DNA of 64,000 bases from NCBI GenBank assembly GCA_037379345.1, contig CM074520.1, positions 29,298,664-29,362,663 on the forward strand. Reading direction: 5' to 3'. The first letter of the stretch is position 1. Every line of letters begins with the position of its first letter. The notes under the pieces were generated by a model that did no database searches, had not been told where the DNA came from, and saw nothing but the letters and a program-made list of their open reading frames with translations. Below, in pieces: positions 62,032-64,000 of the stretch. The DNA is from Perna viridis (Eukaryota). A program made the translations under genes and the position numbers.

Positions 62032-62600
62032 CATGCCTTCCTGCGGTAATTGTGAAAAGTTGGTATCCAGAAAATGAAACATTACAGAGAAAGTGGGACA
62101 ATGAAGATGATGTCGAAGATGACGTGAAGAAAACAAAGTGGATAGAATACGGCAGTGAAGAAGACGAATCTGATGACAATGAAGATATGGTGGAAGAAAA
62201 CGATGGGTACAAAGAATTATTGAATAAGGCTGTTGATTCCGCATGAAAACGTTTTGATGAAAAGTATGATAAATATATAGAGGACGGTATGGATGAAAAA
62301 GACGCATGTCAACAAAGTAATGAAGATATAACGCAACTTGTCAGAAATGAGTTTTTCAGACGTAACACAAACTATTTAGAAACTGTCGTAGACCTTCAAC
62401 AAAGTAATGTTCATGAAGATATCGTTCACGACATTCAGGCATTAATGGATGACGATGTTAAGAAAGATTTGACAATCAAACGTGTGCTGAGGAAAAGTCG
62501 TGTACGCTTTGAAGAATTATTTGATGACAATTATTTCAAAATGAATGGAAAAGAAAAGAAGACATCTGACGAAGAGGAGGATTCAGAGGACGACGAATAA
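62032..62600 (+). pseudogene. Decayed acidic Polinton accessory ORF
   Basis: Coding-like acidic fragments (62052-62246, 62289-62600) between ATPase and integrase; function unknown. Confidence 0.45.
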
Positions 62601-62659
62601 AACTGTATTAACATATGCAATATATAGTTTTCCCAAAAGACTTTTGTCTACAGACATTT

Positions 62660-63043
62660 CAACGTGGAAAACAAATTTAAAAGAAATTTATTATGATCCT
62701 TCAAGCCCAACTAGTTTTTTCTCGATCGGATAAGTTATATCAATACGTCAAAAAGAATGGCCGACATAATATTTCAAAATACAAAATCAGGAAATGGTTA
62801 CAAAGTCAAGAAACCTACAGTATGCAACGTCCGTATAGACGTCCTCAAAACAGATCGAGTATTTTTGTTGCTGGAATAGACGATCAGTGGAATATGGATT
62901 TAGCTGACATGACAGAGTACTCCAAATACAATAACGGTATTAAATTTCTCCTAGTGGTGGTGGATGTATTTTCGAAATATTTATGGCTTCGTAAACTAAA
63001 AGATAAAACTTGCGAATCAGTTGCCTTAGCTTTTTAGGAAATA
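62660..63043 (+). pseudogene. Polinton integrase N-terminal half, interrupted at ~63044
   Basis: LKEIYYDPSSP, IRKWLQSQETY, IDDQWNMDLADM, FLLVVVDVFSKYLW..LKDKT. Confidence 0.9.
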
Positions 63044-64000
63044 TTAAGGGGACCCAGGAGACCGAGTCTACTGCAGAGCGATATGGAACAAGAATTCCGA
63101 TCTGTAAAGTTGAAGCCGTTTTGAAAAAAGTACAATATCCGTCATTTCTACCAAATGAATTCAATTCATGGATGAAAGCAAGTGATGTTGAAAACATAAA
63201 ATGTGATGGAATATTATATATATATATATATATATGGTCTGAAAAATTCCCAACAATATTAGAACTGCCAAATTTGCGATGCAAATATTTAGTCGTTCCC
63301 TCCGCGGAATTCGAACCCTAGACATCTCGGCCCGCTAGGCTATATAAAAATATAGCTTTCGCTGGCGGGGTCATTCCTCCTCGTAGGATTAATCTAGGGC
63401 TGTAACTAAATACACGATGTATGGATAGTACGGGACAGCTCATTTAGATATTATTATGTAGGATAGAGGATCAAATTAATGATGCATGTCACAACAAATC
63501 AATATTATACAAACGTTTCAGAATGTAACGACTCTATTTGCTACACTTGAAATGTGTAAGATTTAAGATTCAAAACACAAGGACAGCTAACGAACGTTTA
63601 TCAAACATAATACTTACATTTCAACCACACAAGTACTTACGGTTCAACCACACATGAACTCCTGCATAAAATATCCAGTTATTTCTCAAATATGTTAAAT
63701 TTTATGAAAACTGATTAAAAGTACAAGAATGTATTTATGGTTTTCCATGCCCCATCAATTATTCTGTCACCAGAATTATTGGCTGGCGCTTCAGAATTCG
63801 AAGCCCGTATGAGTTATATGCCAGAGAGAATTCACCAATAATAACGGGGACATGTCCATGTATATGCTATCTCCCTGTAAAAGCCGCCATGGACATCGCC
63901 CTATATCGGTTACGTCGAACTCATACGTATGTACTAACCTCAGATTCATAAAATTGTAACTTTATAAACAAGTATCTAATTACCTTCCAAAAAATGTTGG

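Larger units (their letters stand above)
56224..63043. mobile_element. Second, AT-rich, heavily decayed Polinton/Maverick; right end not seen
   Basis: AGTAGT at 56224 exactly where the Penelope homology stops; pPolB (-) divergent from ATPase, an acidic ORF and integrase (+). Confidence 0.85.

Overview
AT-rich eukaryotic genomic DNA, probably an invertebrate and most likely a bivalve mollusc (inferred from the repeat families, not proven). The window is almost entirely layered mobile DNA, and only one convincing host-gene exon is visible (phase-1/1 Ig-like exon, 44816-45106). The main object is a fully bounded, visibly GC-richer Polinton/Maverick (adintovirus-like) element at 46489-55426 with AGTAGT ends, perfect 127-bp TIRs and a 6-bp TSD (TATGGA). 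It carries a truncated pPolB N-terminus, a fibre-like fragment, an rve integrase, a parvovirus-type PLA2, an A32-like ATPase, double-jelly-roll major and minor capsid genes, a GGFL/GxGL core-like protein, a 2-TM protein and a possible OB-fold protein. It lacks the polymerase core and the protease. Its genes share a TATAGATAAATG start motif, two of them diverge from a 13-bp spacer, and the integrase appears reachable only through a -1 shift from the PLA2 ORF. A second, AT-rich, heavily decayed Polinton of a different lineage starts near 56224. Other elements: a decayed intron-containing ISL2EU-type element (THAP+DDE facing SWIM+YqaJ) with a SINE and a Tx1/L1 nested inside it, four copies of a ~520-bp non-tRNA SINE-like retroposon, a foldback-like MITE with two hammerhead-core motifs, an internally deleted MULE, a solo LTR inside a 21-bp minisatellite, Penelope fragments, Helentron-like repeats, long palindromes, a ~185-bp satellite array and an assembly gap. 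All family assignments are from motif recognition by eye; no database search was run.
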